Positions 1 to 10,636 are shown, counted from the stretch's first letter. The stretch: DNA of 64,000 bases from Candidatus Brocadiaceae bacterium (GCA_012728835.1 JAAYEJ010000045.1:36475-100474); one strand, 5' to 3'. A program made the numbers and translations. The notes: generated by a model from the letters alone, not told the origin.

Positions 1-5
1 AGGCC

Positions 6-1529
6 GTGGCGGCGTACGCCCACAGGGGGCGCCCGCTGGGCGTCGCCGATCCGGAGGTCGACGAGTTCGTGGCGGCGGCCCTGTTCGCCACGCTCACCAA
101 CGTGAACTTCGACCCCGAGCCGCTGGCCGCCATGATCCGGCGCGCCGGTGTGCTGCGCGACCGCACGCGGGAACGATACCGGGCGGCCTGCGACCGGGCC
201 GGCCGGCCGGCCGAAGAGCCCCGGTGGGCGGCCGACTGGTCCCCGGCGAGCGACCTTGCCGGCCTGGTCCGCCAGGGACGCAACGTCGGCATCCGGGCCA
301 GGATCGACAGGCTGGGCGAGACGGCGGCCGGCCTGCAGGAGCTGATCACCTACGGCCTGAAGGGCGTGGCCGCCTACCTGGACCACGCGCGCATCCTGGG
401 CAAGACGGACGAAGCGGCCGACGCCCGGCTGGACGGACTGCTGGACTACCTGGGCGGCTGCCCCACCGACGTGAACGACCTGACGGCGAAGGCCCTCGAG
501 ACCGGCGAGCTGAACCTGCAGGCGATGGAGCTGCTCGACGCCGCCAACACCGGCGCCTACGGGCACCCCGAGCCGACGTCCGTGCGCGTGACGCCCGTCA
601 GGGGCAAGGCCATCGTGGTCTCCGGGCACGACCTGCGCGACCTGGAGGCACTGCTCAGGCAGACCGAGGGCAAGGGCATCAACGTCTACACGCACGGTGA
701 GATGCTGCCGGCCCACGGCTACCCCGGCCTGAAGAAGTACCGGCATCTGGTCGGCAACTACGGCGGGGCCTGGCAGGACCAGCGCAAGGAGTTCGACGCC
801 TTCCCCGGCGCCATCCTGATGACCACGAACTGCATACAGAAGCCCACGGACGGCTACATGCACCGCATCTTCACCTGCGGCGTGGTCGGCTGGCCGGGGG
901 TGACGCACGTCGCGGACCGGGACTTCACCCCGGTCATCGAGGCCGCCCTGGCGGAGGACGGGTTCGCCGAGGACGCGCCCGAGAAGTCCATCCTGGTCGG
1001 CTTCGCACGCCAGGCCGTGCTGAGCGTGGCCGACAAGGTCGTCGAGGCCGTCAGGAGCGGCGCCGTGCGCCGCTTCTTCCTGATCGGCGGCTGCGACGGC
1101 GCCCGGCCCGGACGCAACTACTACACCGAGCTGGCCCAGGCCGTGCCGGACGACTGCGTGATCCTGACGCTCGCGTGCGGCAAGTACCGGTTCAACAAGC
1201 TCGAGTTCGGCGACATCGGCGGCATCCCGCGCCTTCTGGACGTGGGGCAGTGCAACGACGCCTACTCGGCCATCCGGATCGCGGTAGCGCTGGCGAACGC
1301 CTTCGAGACGGACGTCAACAGCCTGCCGCTCTCGCTCGTCCTGTCGTGGTATGAGCAGAAGGCCGTGGCGATCCTGCTGACGCTCCTGCACCTGGGCCTG
1401 CGCGGCATGCGGCTGGGCCCCAGCCTGCCGGCCTTCGTCAGCCCGGCGGTGCTGGGGGTGCTGCAGGAGAAGTTCGACCTGAAGCCGATCACCACACCGC
1501 AGGAGGACCTGGCGGCCATGCTGGCGTAG
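6..1529 (+). CDS. hcp: Hydroxylamine reductase / hybrid cluster protein (5' truncated by window edge)
   Basis: LFATLTNVNFD, SGHDL, YTHGEMLPAHGYP, GAILMTTNC, LIGGCDG, LLDVGQCND, LSWYEQKA motifs; the N-terminal Cys cluster lies outside the window. Confidence 0.96.
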   Translation: MAAYAHRGRPLGVADPEVDEFVAAALFATLTNVNFDPEPLAAMIRRAGVLRDRTRERYRAACDRAGRPAEEPRWAADWSPASDLAGLVRQGRNVGIRARIDRLGETAAGLQELITYGLKGVAAYLDHARILGKTDEAADARLDGLLDYLGGCPTDVNDLTAKALETGELNLQAMELLDAANTGAYGHPEPTSVRVTPVRGKAIVVSGHDLRDLEALLRQTEGKGINVYTHGEMLPAHGYPGLKKYRHLVGNYGGAWQDQRKEFDAFPGAILMTTNCIQKPTDGYMHRIFTCGVVGWPGVTHVADRDFTPVIEAALAEDGFAEDAPEKSILVGFARQAVLSVADKVVEAVRSGAVRRFFLIGGCDGARPGRNYYTELAQAVPDDCVILTLACGKYRFNKLEFGDIGGIPRLLDVGQCNDAYSAIRIAVALANAFETDVNSLPLSLVLSWYEQKAVAILLTLLHLGLRGMRLGPSLPAFVSPAVLGVLQEKFDLKPITTPQEDLAAMLA

Positions 1530-1543
1530 CCGCCGGAAGTCAT

Positions 1544-2914
1544 TCAGAACGGTTCTTCGACGGCGCCCTGGGCAGGACGGCAGACGAACAGGGCGCCGTC
1601 GGGGGCCGGCGGCCGCCGGGCGTAGAAGTCCCGGCGGAGTGCGCGCAGGATGTCGTCCGCTGCGCCCACGGGCGCCAGCGCGACGGCGAAGCCGCCCAGC
1701 CCGGCGCCGGTCAGGCGTGCCCCGAGCGCCCCGGCGTTGCGCATGATCCCCACGAGCTGGTCCAGCTCGGGACAGCTCACCTCCATGTCGGCGGCGCAAC
1801 TGGCGTGCGACTGGTCCATCAGCCGGCCCAGGGCCGGCATGTCGCCCGTCTCCAGGCAGCGCTCGGCCCGCCGCGTGCGCGCCGCCTCGCTGAAGACGTG
1901 CCGGCAGCGGCTCAGCACCTTCAGGCCGTCGGCCGGCACCGACAGGATGCGTCCGTCGCTCATGCGCAGGAACGTCTGCGCGAACCGCGCGGGGTCCATC
2001 CCCAGGGCGTCGGCCGCGTCGGCCGGCGCGAGCCCTTCGCGCCCGTCCACCAGGGCGTGCAGTCGCCGGGGCAGTTCCTCCTCGGCGTCGGCGACCAGCG
2101 GGGCCAGGTCGCTGAGCCGCCGGGCGGGCGCCGCGCCCGACGCGCGGACGCCCAGGGCGCGGGCGAGCAGGTGTGCGCCCACGCGGCACTCGATCACGCG
2201 GCGGTTGTAGGCCAGGCGCTGTTCGGCGGTCTTGCGCGCCTGCACCGTGCTGTGCGCCGCGATGATGCAGTGGCCCGGCGGGAACGGCAGGTGGGCGGCC
2301 CGCAGCGGATGGAACTCGACCTTCAGCACGTACCCCCGGCGGGCCAGCAGGCAGGCCGCCTGGTCCATGCCGCCGCCCTGGGTGCCGACGTAGTGCTCGG
2401 CCTCGGCCATGCGTTCGGCCATGGCGTGAGGCTCGAGGGGCAGGCGGTTGACTGCGGCGAAGGCCAGTCCTACGGCGACAACCAGCGCCGTGGAGGACGA
2501 CAGGCCCGAGGCGGGCGGCAGGTCGCTGTGGACCAGGCAGTCCATGCCGTGGAGTGTGCCGGCGGGGCGGCCCTGCTCGATTGCCAGACGGGTCAGCGAC
2601 TCGACGGCGGCCTTGGCGTAGTTCCCCCAGTCGCCGATCTCAGAAGGCGGGATGGTCTCGGCGACGTCGAAGGATCGGTCGCCGAAGGCCGCCTCGGCGG
2701 CGTTGTGCAGCCGGACCGCCGTGTCGCCGCGGGGGGCCGCGGCCAGCCGGACGGCCTGGGGGACCGCCAGGGGCAGGACGGGGTACCCGTTGTAGTCGAC
2801 GTGTTCGCCGATCAGGTTCACGCGCCCGGGCGCGCATACACGCCATGCGGGCGCCCGGCCGAACTCGCGCTCGAACCCCCGCCGCACGTCCGTCCATCGG
2901 TCTGCTCCGTCCAT
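1544..2914 (-). CDS. galK: Galactokinase (GHMP kinase)
   Basis: APGRVNLIGEHVDYNG, PPASGLSSS, GGMDQ, GARLTGAGLGG; start placed at ATG 2914 after AGGAG RBS. Confidence 0.92.
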   Translation of the reverse strand: MDGADRWTDVRRGFEREFGRAPAWRVCAPGRVNLIGEHVDYNGYPVLPLAVPQAVRLAAAPRGDTAVRLHNAAEAAFGDRSFDVAETIPPSEIGDWGNYAKAAVESLTRLAIEQGRPAGTLHGMDCLVHSDLPPASGLSSSTALVVAVGLAFAAVNRLPLEPHAMAERMAEAEHYVGTQGGGMDQAACLLARRGYVLKVEFHPLRAAHLPFPPGHCIIAAHSTVQARKTAEQRLAYNRRVIECRVGAHLLARALGVRASGAAPARRLSDLAPLVADAEEELPRRLHALVDGREGLAPADAADALGMDPARFAQTFLRMSDGRILSVPADGLKVLSRCRHVFSEAARTRRAERCLETGDMPALGRLMDQSHASCAADMEVSCPELDQLVGIMRNAGALGARLTGAGLGGFAVALAPVGAADDILRALRRDFYARRPPAPDGALFVCRPAQGAVEEPF

Positions 2915-3106
2915 CGGCTGCTCCTGGGGAACGGGATGCGGCAATTGTAGGGCGTTGCCCGTGCGGTTGCCACCGCCGGCGGAGCGGCGTGACCGAGGAT
3001 TCCGCCCTCCCGCAAGCCCTTGCGTGCACGGAGGTTGCGCCGGATGCCTGGCGGGCTGCTCCCGGGCGGGGTACACTCATCTCACACCAGAACATGGGAG
3101 GACGGC

Positions 3107-3475
3107 ATGGAACGCCCTGCCAACGGAGAGTCCCACTACGCCACGCTGGCCGTCAGCCCGGACGCCACGGGCCAGGAGATCAAGCGGGCCTACCGCCGCA
3201 AGGTGCGGGAGCTGCACCCGGACGTGAAGACGCGCCCGTGCAATGTGGAGCAGTTCCAGGCCGTGCGGCGCGCCTACGAGGTCCTCGCCGACCCCGACGA
3301 GCGGGCCTTCTACGACCTGCTGATGGGGTTCGGCCCGCGGACCGCGCGCCCGCGCGTCTACCGCCGGAGCTTCGAGCACCTGTTCGACAGCCTCTTCAGC
3401 GGTCTGCACACGGCCGTCAACAACACCGCCGAGCAGTGGATGCAGATGGATCCGCCGCGCCGGGAGGCCGGCTGA
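3107..3475 (+). CDS. J-domain (DnaJ-like) protein
   Basis: HYATLAV...EIKRAYRRKVRELHPD...AYEVLADPDERAFYD; GGAGG RBS before ATG 3107. Confidence 0.9.
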   Translation: MERPANGESHYATLAVSPDATGQEIKRAYRRKVRELHPDVKTRPCNVEQFQAVRRAYEVLADPDERAFYDLLMGFGPRTARPRVYRRSFEHLFDSLFSGLHTAVNNTAEQWMQMDPPRREAG

Positions 3476-3487
3476 GACGTCGGGGCC

Positions 3488-5488
3488 TTACGGCCCGCCG
3501 ACGTTCTGGATCATGTAGACGCGGAGCGCCTCGGCCGGGAACGTGCCGTCACCCGCCGATACGCGACGGCTCGCGAGGACGTCGAAGACGTCCGCGTCCT
3601 CGGCCACGGGGCAGGAGAACGGCTCGAAACACCAGAGCACCCGCACGTCCGGGTCGACGCCCGTCCAGATGACTCCCCGGTCCTCCGGCAGCATGCGGGA
3701 CCGTTCCATGTGCTCGCGCAGCGCCTGACACGCCTGGTTGATGGGCGCCACGCCGGTATGCCACCAGTCGGCGCGGCGGCTGCCCCGGCGGCTGCGCGGC
3801 TCGCAGGGCAGCGCGTAGCCCAGCCGATGCGCACAGGCGCGGAAGTAGACCTCCACGGGGTCGACACTGCGCCCGGAGGCCGCATCGGGCGGGTACTCCA
3901 GGATGCTGTCGCGGAACATGTACTCCCGCCCCTTCAGCGTTTCGTACGGGACACTCCGCAGGCAGCCGGGCACGGCCCCGGGCGCCGTCTGCAGGCAGCC
4001 GAAGCCCATGCGGGCAATGTCCGCGATCAGCGCCGTGCGGGCTCCAAACAGGCTGCGCACCCGCCCCTGCGCGCCGGCGCCCGAAGCGGCCTGGCCCACC
4101 CGGCGGTCGAACTGACCGGCATACCCGGCAAGGGCACCGTCGCCGAACAGGGCGTCGATGCCCAGTCCTGCTCGCACCCGTCGCAGGTGCTCACGCAGAA
4201 GGCCGCCGTCCTGGCCGCGCAGCGCAAGGGAGACCAGTTCCCGACCATCTGCGCCCGGGCTGAGCGGGCGCGGCGGCTGCGGTGCGTCCGTGTCCGTCTC
4301 CATGCAGGCCGCCACCAGCCAGGGCTCGCTGCAGTCCAGCAGGGACGCGGCCACCTGCGCACCCCTCTGGTGCGCATGGTCGACGATGCGGCGGATCTGC
4401 CGGCAGGCCTCCCGGCCGGCACGTTCGTCGGGCCGGGCCGGAGCGAAGTGGCGGCACAGCCCGACCACGTAGATGCGTGTGCAGCCGGCCCGGGCCAGCC
4501 GGTCGATGCCGCTCTGCAGCGTCTGCAGGGTGAACCCGTCGGCGGGGTTGAGGCTTCCGCCGGGCATGAGGGGCTCCGGCGCCACGCCGAGCCGGACCGC
4601 CGCCTGCCGCTGGAGATCCTCACGGACGGCGCAGTACTGATCCGAACGCTCGGCGGGCGACGTCGTCGGGAGGTCGGCCGCCAGCACCTGCTGGGCGGGG
4701 AACTCCAGGGCGCCCCCCAGGTCGCCGCAGAGCTGGTGCCAGTGCACGATGTGGTTCCGGCCGGCGTCCTTCTGGAAGAGCGAGAGGCAGTGGAACGGGG
4801 ACTCGAAGCAGGTCACGAGCAGGCTCTGGTCATCGAACTGGAACGTGAATCCCTGCAGCACGGAGAAGTACGGGAGGAACTGCCGGACGCGTCCGCCGCC
4901 GTGCCAGGCGGTCGTGTACCGATCGGACAGGGCGGTGAAGTGCCTCTGCGGTTCGTCGCCGGGGCCGGCCATCCAGAAGGACGTGCCCGTGGCGCGGGCG
5001 CCCAGCTCCCACGATGCGCGGTCGTGGATGCGGCAGGCATGGTGCTTGCGCGAGGTGTACTTGTAGGAGTAGGAGAAGCCGCAGAACGCGATCCCGCCGA
5101 TGGTCCGCTGCACCGCTCTGAGGACGACCCGCAGGGCACCTCCCCGGTCGCGCGACGCCTCCTGGTCCCAGGGGCCGACGTTCCAGACCTCCTCCCCGTC
5201 CGCGCCGGTCCACTCCGTGCGCCCGTGCCGGTGCACGAAGGGGATCAGGTCCAGCGTCAGCGACTCGTCGCGGCCCGGCCGGATCTCGCGCAGTTGCAGG
5301 CGGCTGACCTCGAACCCGTCGGCCGTGCGGATCAGCGGCAGCACGGGGAGTTCGGCCGACCGCAGCTTGCGGCGGCGCCACCTCACCTGGCCCAGGCCCG
5401 CGTAGTCCCCGTCCTTCTTCAGAATGTCCACCGTGATGCCGTTGCGGAATCGGACGCGGCAGCCCTTTTCGAACTCGAGGAGTTCCAT
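3488..5488 (-). CDS. Hypothetical protein (~666 aa)
   Basis: Long ORF with protein-like composition and host-like codon usage; no motif recognised; start could also be 5554. Confidence 0.7.
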   Translation of the reverse strand: MELLEFEKGCRVRFRNGITVDILKKDGDYAGLGQVRWRRRKLRSAELPVLPLIRTADGFEVSRLQLREIRPGRDESLTLDLIPFVHRHGRTEWTGADGEEVWNVGPWDQEASRDRGGALRVVLRAVQRTIGGIAFCGFSYSYKYTSRKHHACRIHDRASWELGARATGTSFWMAGPGDEPQRHFTALSDRYTTAWHGGGRVRQFLPYFSVLQGFTFQFDDQSLLVTCFESPFHCLSLFQKDAGRNHIVHWHQLCGDLGGALEFPAQQVLAADLPTTSPAERSDQYCAVREDLQRQAAVRLGVAPEPLMPGGSLNPADGFTLQTLQSGIDRLARAGCTRIYVVGLCRHFAPARPDERAGREACRQIRRIVDHAHQRGAQVAASLLDCSEPWLVAACMETDTDAPQPPRPLSPGADGRELVSLALRGQDGGLLREHLRRVRAGLGIDALFGDGALAGYAGQFDRRVGQAASGAGAQGRVRSLFGARTALIADIARMGFGCLQTAPGAVPGCLRSVPYETLKGREYMFRDSILEYPPDAASGRSVDPVEVYFRACAHRLGYALPCEPRSRRGSRRADWWHTGVAPINQACQALREHMERSRMLPEDRGVIWTGVDPDVRVLWCFEPFSCPVAEDADVFDVLASRRVSAGDGTFPAEALRVYMIQNVGGP

Positions 5489-5642
5489 GTCGAGCCTTGG
5501 CGCTGAAGCGAAGTGGGGCCGATCCCTTATAGGGCGCACGGTGGGGCTTTGCAAGCGACTGCGCGGCGGGCCCTCAATGGGCAGCGCCGGGCGCCTGGCA
5601 CGGACGCCTCAGCGGGGCCGTGGCGGGCGGCTGCCGGGAATC

Positions 5643-7034
5643 TCAGCGCAGGGCGCGCGCGCGCTGAAACGCCGCCTGCGCCTCGCTGCCGCCCAGTCCG
5701 CTCTGGAGTGCGCGCACGTAGCTGTCGTACGCGGCCCGGCGGCGGCCGGCCTGCTCGTAGCAGACGGCCATCATGTACTGCAATAGGGCGACGTTCGGAT
5801 TTGCCGACGCCACCTTCTCCAGGGCCGGCAGGGCCTCGGCGTAGCGGCCCAGATGATAGCGGGCCGCCCCGAGGCCGAACCAGGCGACCGCGCCGGACGG
5901 GAAGCCGCGCGCGGCGACGGCGAACTGCCGTTCGGCCTCCGCGTACCGTTCCATGGCGAAGTGCACCAGCCCGAGGCCGGTGTTCGCCGGCACGTACCGG
6001 GGGTCGACGCGCCGGGCGCCTTCGTAGGCCTTCCGGGCGGCCTCGGCGCGTCCGAGCTTGAGCAGGGCGTCGCCTCTGAGCACGTGGAACGGCGCCTGGT
6101 CCGTCCGCATGGCCAGGGCCTCTTCGGCTGCGGCCAGTGCTTCGGCCGCCCGTCCTTCCTTCAGCAGCTTGCGGCCCCGGTCGTGCGGCTCGAAGGCCTC
6201 ATTGACCTGCTGGAGCCGCCGCAGCCTCCGGCGCCAGCGGGCGGCGTAGATGCCGTCGCCCTGCACGTAACGCCCGTCGAGCTTCTTCTCCTCGATCACC
6301 CCCTGGGTTTCCCGCAGGCGGTCCGGCGCCTCCGGGTGGGTGGCCAGGTAGCGGTCCAGGACGGACTTGCGGTCGCTGCCCAGCGAGGCCAGGAGCCGCT
6401 GCATGGACAGCGCCTCCCGGGGGTCCCAGCCGGCCAGCGCCATGTAGTAGGTGCCGACGCGGTCGGCCTGCCGCTCCTGCTCGCGGCTGTAGGAGAGCCC
6501 CAGGACGCCGACGCCGATCTGCCCGGCGCCGACGGCCAGGCGGCCGGCGAGCGAATCCCCCGCCGCCACGTCGGCCACGCCCACCACCACCTGGGTCAGC
6601 ATCCCCTGGGTCAGTCTCTGGGCCGAGTGGCCGGCGGCCACGTGGGCCAGTTCGTGCCCCATCACGGCGGCGAACTGCGCCTCGTTCTCGAGCTTCGCCA
6701 GGAACCCGCGCGTCGCGTAGACATGCCCGGGCAGGGCGAACGCGTTCACGGCCGACGTGTTCAGAATCGTGAAGTCCACCGGCATATCCGCGCGGTGGGA
6801 GGTGGCGTGCAGCCGCAGAACGATCGTGCCCAGGTAGACGTTCAGGTCCGGATCGTGATACTCGCCGTCGTACATGAACATCACGTCCGGATGCGCCCGG
6901 TGGCCGAGGGCCAGCTCGTTGTCCGGCGAGACAAACATCAGCTCGCCGCGGCCCGTCACGGGGTTCGTGCGGCAGCCGGCCGCCCCCGCCAGCAGCATCA
7001 GCGCGGTCAGGCACAATGCGCAGCGTCGGTTCAT
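5643..7034 (-). CDS. M48 family metalloprotease lipoprotein with C-terminal TPR repeats (BepA/YfgC-like)
   Basis: Lipobox LLAGAAGC, NAFALPG, HELAH zinc motif, YSREQERQAD, THP, TPR-like helices. Confidence 0.9.
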   Translation of the reverse strand: MNRRCALCLTALMLLAGAAGCRTNPVTGRGELMFVSPDNELALGHRAHPDVMFMYDGEYHDPDLNVYLGTIVLRLHATSHRADMPVDFTILNTSAVNAFALPGHVYATRGFLAKLENEAQFAAVMGHELAHVAAGHSAQRLTQGMLTQVVVGVADVAAGDSLAGRLAVGAGQIGVGVLGLSYSREQERQADRVGTYYMALAGWDPREALSMQRLLASLGSDRKSVLDRYLATHPEAPDRLRETQGVIEEKKLDGRYVQGDGIYAARWRRRLRRLQQVNEAFEPHDRGRKLLKEGRAAEALAAAEEALAMRTDQAPFHVLRGDALLKLGRAEAARKAYEGARRVDPRYVPANTGLGLVHFAMERYAEAERQFAVAARGFPSGAVAWFGLGAARYHLGRYAEALPALEKVASANPNVALLQYMMAVCYEQAGRRRAAYDSYVRALQSGLGGSEAQAAFQRARALR

Positions 7035-7216
7035 CGCCCCACCTCGATGACGTAGTCGGGCTTGCCGGAGTCCGGATCGACGTAGGTGAGGTGCCGTTCC
7101 AGGGTCTCCAGTCGGGGGGAGCGGATCGGCTCGCGCTCGACGATGCGGCGGCTGATGTGGCAGCCCGATCCGCCCAGGGCGGCCAATACGACTGCGGCGA
7201 GCCAGACACCACGCAT
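7031..7216 (-). CDS. Small putative lipoprotein (61 aa)
   Basis: MRGVWLAAVVLAALGGSGC signal/lipobox, AAGGA RBS, 4-bp overlap with the M48 gene. Confidence 0.6.
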   Translation of the reverse strand: MRGVWLAAVVLAALGGSGCHISRRIVEREPIRSPRLETLERHLTYVDPDSGKPDYVIEVGR

Positions 7217-7358
7217 CGTTTGTTCCTTTCCGAATTGTCCCCGGTTTCGAGGATACTCCATTGTCTCCCGGAGGACAAGCCGTGCGGGGGCGCAGGGCAA
7301 GGACGCTCGGCGCTACCCGCAGTGGCCGGCGCGGCCGTCTCCGCGGGGGTCCGCCTCT

Positions 7359-7387
7359 TTGACAGGGCGGCGGCGGGCGCGTATGAT
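7359..7387 (+). promoter_or_regulatory. Sigma70-type promoter upstream of pcrA
   Basis: TTGACA-17 nt-TATGAT. Confidence 0.6.
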
Positions 7388-7464
7388 GCCGGGCGCAGGA
7401 CGTGGCCGCGCCGCATGGAGCCCCGCGTCTTAACTTCCCACACACTCAAGGCTTATGGTGTGCA

Positions 7465-9657
7465 ATGCCCCCGTCTTCCGCCCGCATCACCGCCGGACTG
7501 ACCGAGTCGCAGAAGGAGGCCGTCTGCTTCGGCGAGGGGCCGCTGCTGGTCGTGGCCGGCGCCGGAAGCGGCAAGACGCGCGTGATCACACACCGCATCG
7601 CCCATCTGCTCGGCGGGGGCGTGGCCCCCGAGAACGTCGTGGCCGTCACCTTCACGAACAAGGCCGCCGACGAGATGCGCCGCCGCGTGGAGGCCCTGGT
7701 CGGGCGCAGCGTGCAGGTGAGCACGTTCCACAGCTTCTGCGCGCTGCTGTTGCGGCGTCATGCAACGCGCCTGGGCCGCGCGGAGGGGTTCACGATCTAT
7801 GACCGCGCCGACTCGATGCGCGTGGTGCGGCGTGTGATCAAGGACCTGGAGCTGGACCCGGCCACGTTCAGCCCCACGGCCGTGCTGAACTACATCTCGC
7901 TGCACAAGGACCGCGTCGAAGGCCCCGAACAGTGCGCGCAGAGCGCCCTCGGCTACCAGGACGAGGGCTTCGTGCGCGCCTACCGCGCCTACGAGGCCCG
8001 GCTGGTCGAGAGCAACGCGATGGACTTCGACGACCTGCTGCTGAAGGTCCTGGACCTGTTCCGCACCTGCCCGGACGTCCTGGCCCGCTACCAGGACCGC
8101 TACGTGCACGTGCTCGTGGACGAGTACCAGGACACGAACCTGCCGCAGCACCTGATCGCGCGTGCGCTCCAGGGCAAGCACCACAACATCACCGCCGTCG
8201 GCGACCCCGATCAGATGATCTACACCTGGCGCGGCGCGCGCCTGGAGAACCTGATGGAGTTCGAGGAGGACTTCCCCGGCGCGCAGGTGGTCACACTGGA
8301 GCGGAACTACCGCTCCTCGGGCTGCATCCTGAAGGCATCCTCCGCCTGCATCGAGTTCAACATCTACCGCCGCCCGAAGCAGCTCTGGACCGAACGTGAG
8401 GACGGCGCCCGCGTCCTCCTGGGGGAGTTCGCCGATTCCTACGCCGAGGGCCGGTGGGTGGCCCGGCAGGTCAGCGACCTGATCGAGGGCGGCACTGCCC
8501 CGGGCGACATCGCCGTCTTCTACCGGACCAAGCAGCAGTCGCTGCCGGTCGAGGATGCGTTCGCCGGCCTGTCGCTCCCCCACCAGGTGGTGGACAGCGT
8601 GGGCTTTTTCGACCGCCGGCCGGTCAAGGACATCACCGCCTACCTGCGGCTGATCGTCAACCCCCGCGACGACGAGGCGTGCCTGCGCGTCATCAACACC
8701 CCCGCGCGCGGCATCGGCGCGCGCAGCGTCGAGCGGCTGATGGCGGCGGCGGCGCCCCGCGGCGTGAGCCTGATGGAGGCCGTGCGCGACGTGGGCGACT
8801 GCCCGGGCCTGAGCGCGCGAGCGCGCCAGGCCGTGGGGGGCTTCCGGGAACTGCACCGCGATCTGTCGGCGCTGGACGAGACGTCGATGGCCACGCTGAT
8901 CGGCCGGCTCGTGGCGCGCATCGAGTACCTGGAGCGCCAGTCGGCCGAGGAACGCGCCGATACCGAGGAGACCGTCGACCAGTTGATCGGCTATGCGAAG
9001 CAGTATGACGAACGCGCGCCGGAGGGCGGGCTGATGGGCTTCCTGGAGCAGGCCGCGCTCGTGAGCGACGTGGACGGCTGGAACGCCCAGGCCGGCGCCG
9101 TGCCCTTCATGACGCTGCATTCGGCCAAGGGCCTGGAGTTCGACGCGGTGTTCATCGTGGGCGTCGAGGAGGACGTGCTGCCGCACCGCCGGGCGCTGGA
9201 CGACGACCAGCACGGCACCGAGGAAGCGGCCGTGGAGGAGGAGCGGCGGCTGTTCTACGTGGGCATGACGCGCGCGCGCCACCGGCTGTTCCTCACCCAT
9301 GCGCGCACCCGCACGCTGCGCGGACGCACGGAGGCGGCCGAGCCCTCGCGCTTCCTGGGCGAACTGCCCGGCGACTGCGTGGAACTCGTCGAGGCGACGC
9401 CGCCCACGCCGGCCCCGGCCGCCGCCTTCGCCCGGGAGATGGACTACGTTCTGAAGGACAAGAAGATTGCGCTCCGCATCCTGGACGGCGACGGCACCCG
9501 CCTGGCGCGCGGCGCGCGCGTGAGCCATCCGCGCTTCGGGGAGGGCATGATCCTGTCCACCGAGTCCATGGGCGCCCGGCACGTGGTGCGCGTGAACTTC
9601 TTCAACCACGGCACGATGTCGCTCGTGCTCGGGCCGGACGAGGTTGGCGTCGGGTAG
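7465..9657 (+). CDS. pcrA: UvrD/PcrA superfamily I DNA helicase
   Basis: AGAGSGKT, TFTNKAA, VDEYQDTN, VGDPDQ, NYRS, MTLHSAKGLEF, EEERRLFYVGMTRA, C-terminal Tudor-like VSHPRFGEG. Confidence 0.95.
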   Translation: MPPSSARITAGLTESQKEAVCFGEGPLLVVAGAGSGKTRVITHRIAHLLGGGVAPENVVAVTFTNKAADEMRRRVEALVGRSVQVSTFHSFCALLLRRHATRLGRAEGFTIYDRADSMRVVRRVIKDLELDPATFSPTAVLNYISLHKDRVEGPEQCAQSALGYQDEGFVRAYRAYEARLVESNAMDFDDLLLKVLDLFRTCPDVLARYQDRYVHVLVDEYQDTNLPQHLIARALQGKHHNITAVGDPDQMIYTWRGARLENLMEFEEDFPGAQVVTLERNYRSSGCILKASSACIEFNIYRRPKQLWTEREDGARVLLGEFADSYAEGRWVARQVSDLIEGGTAPGDIAVFYRTKQQSLPVEDAFAGLSLPHQVVDSVGFFDRRPVKDITAYLRLIVNPRDDEACLRVINTPARGIGARSVERLMAAAAPRGVSLMEAVRDVGDCPGLSARARQAVGGFRELHRDLSALDETSMATLIGRLVARIEYLERQSAEERADTEETVDQLIGYAKQYDERAPEGGLMGFLEQAALVSDVDGWNAQAGAVPFMTLHSAKGLEFDAVFIVGVEEDVLPHRRALDDDQHGTEEAAVEEERRLFYVGMTRARHRLFLTHARTRTLRGRTEAAEPSRFLGELPGDCVELVEATPPTPAPAAAFAREMDYVLKDKKIALRILDGDGTRLARGARVSHPRFGEGMILSTESMGARHVVRVNFFNHGTMSLVLGPDEVGVG

Positions 9658-9661
9658 GTCG

Positions 9662-10636
9662 TCAACTCAGGCGGGGATAGACACGCAGAACCGTCGCCGA
9701 CAGCGCCAGCGCGGCGGCCACGGCCGCGGCTGCGGCCACTGCGACCGCGCGGCCCAGGCGCCCCATGGGCACCCTCCGGGGGGCCGGGGTCTCGTGCCGC
9801 TCCAGGGCGTCCACCTGTGCGAACGCCCGCTCGATCGCCCCGGCGTCGGACGCGCGGACGTACAGGCCCCCCGTCCGGCGCGCCACCGCCTCCAGCTCCG
9901 CTTCGTCGAGCGCGTAGGGCTTCATCTCCATGCGCACGCGCCCCGACGGCATGCGCGCCGGGATCGGCACGGGGCCGTCGGACCCGACCCCGAGCGCGTA
10001 GATGCGCACCCCGCGGGCGGCGGCAGCCAGCGCGGCGTCGCCGGGCGTCACCTCGCCGGCCGTGTTGCACCCGTCGGTCAGCAGCACGAGCGCTCCCCCG
10101 CGCGGCATGCGGGCCGCCGCCAGCGCGATCGCCTCGCCCAGCGCCGTGCGCTTGCCCAGCACCTCCGGCCGCAGGTGGCCGAGCAGAGCCCGGGCGATCT
10201 CGCGGTCGAACGTCAGCGGGCACTGCGTGACGGCCCGGTTCCCGAAGGCGATCAGGCCGACGCGATCGCCGCTGCGCCGGGCCAGGAAGGCGTCGGCATG
10301 CCGGCGCAACACCTCCATGCGGTCGGCCGGCCGGCCGTCGAGCTGCAGGTCCAGGCCACGCATGCTCTCGGAGACATCGAGCGCCAGCACGATGTCGCGC
10401 GCCATGCGGCGGTCCTCCGCGCCGGCCGTCCGCCGGCAGGGGCCCGCTGCGGCCACAACCGACAGCACGGCAGCCGCGCCGCAGAGCAGAGCGGGCAGCC
10501 CGAGCAGCCGCACGCGCACGCCGCCCGGTCGCGGCACGGGCGGCAGAGGCGGCCGGTCGCCCGTGCGCCTGCGGGCGAGCAACGCCGCGACGGGCAGCAG
10601 CAGGAGCAGCAGCCGGGGCGTCTCAAACTGCATCAC
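9662..10636 (-). CDS. VWA domain membrane protein (BatA-like)
   Basis: N-terminal TM, MIDAS DVSES..T..LLTDG, PLTFD, C-terminal TM. Confidence 0.88.
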   Translation of the reverse strand: MMQFETPRLLLLLLPVAALLARRRTGDRPPLPPVPRPGGVRVRLLGLPALLCGAAAVLSVVAAAGPCRRTAGAEDRRMARDIVLALDVSESMRGLDLQLDGRPADRMEVLRRHADAFLARRSGDRVGLIAFGNRAVTQCPLTFDREIARALLGHLRPEVLGKRTALGEAIALAAARMPRGGALVLLTDGCNTAGEVTPGDAALAAAARGVRIYALGVGSDGPVPIPARMPSGRVRMEMKPYALDEAELEAVARRTGGLYVRASDAGAIERAFAQVDALERHETPAPRRVPMGRLGRAVAVAAAAAVAAALALSATVLRVYPRLS

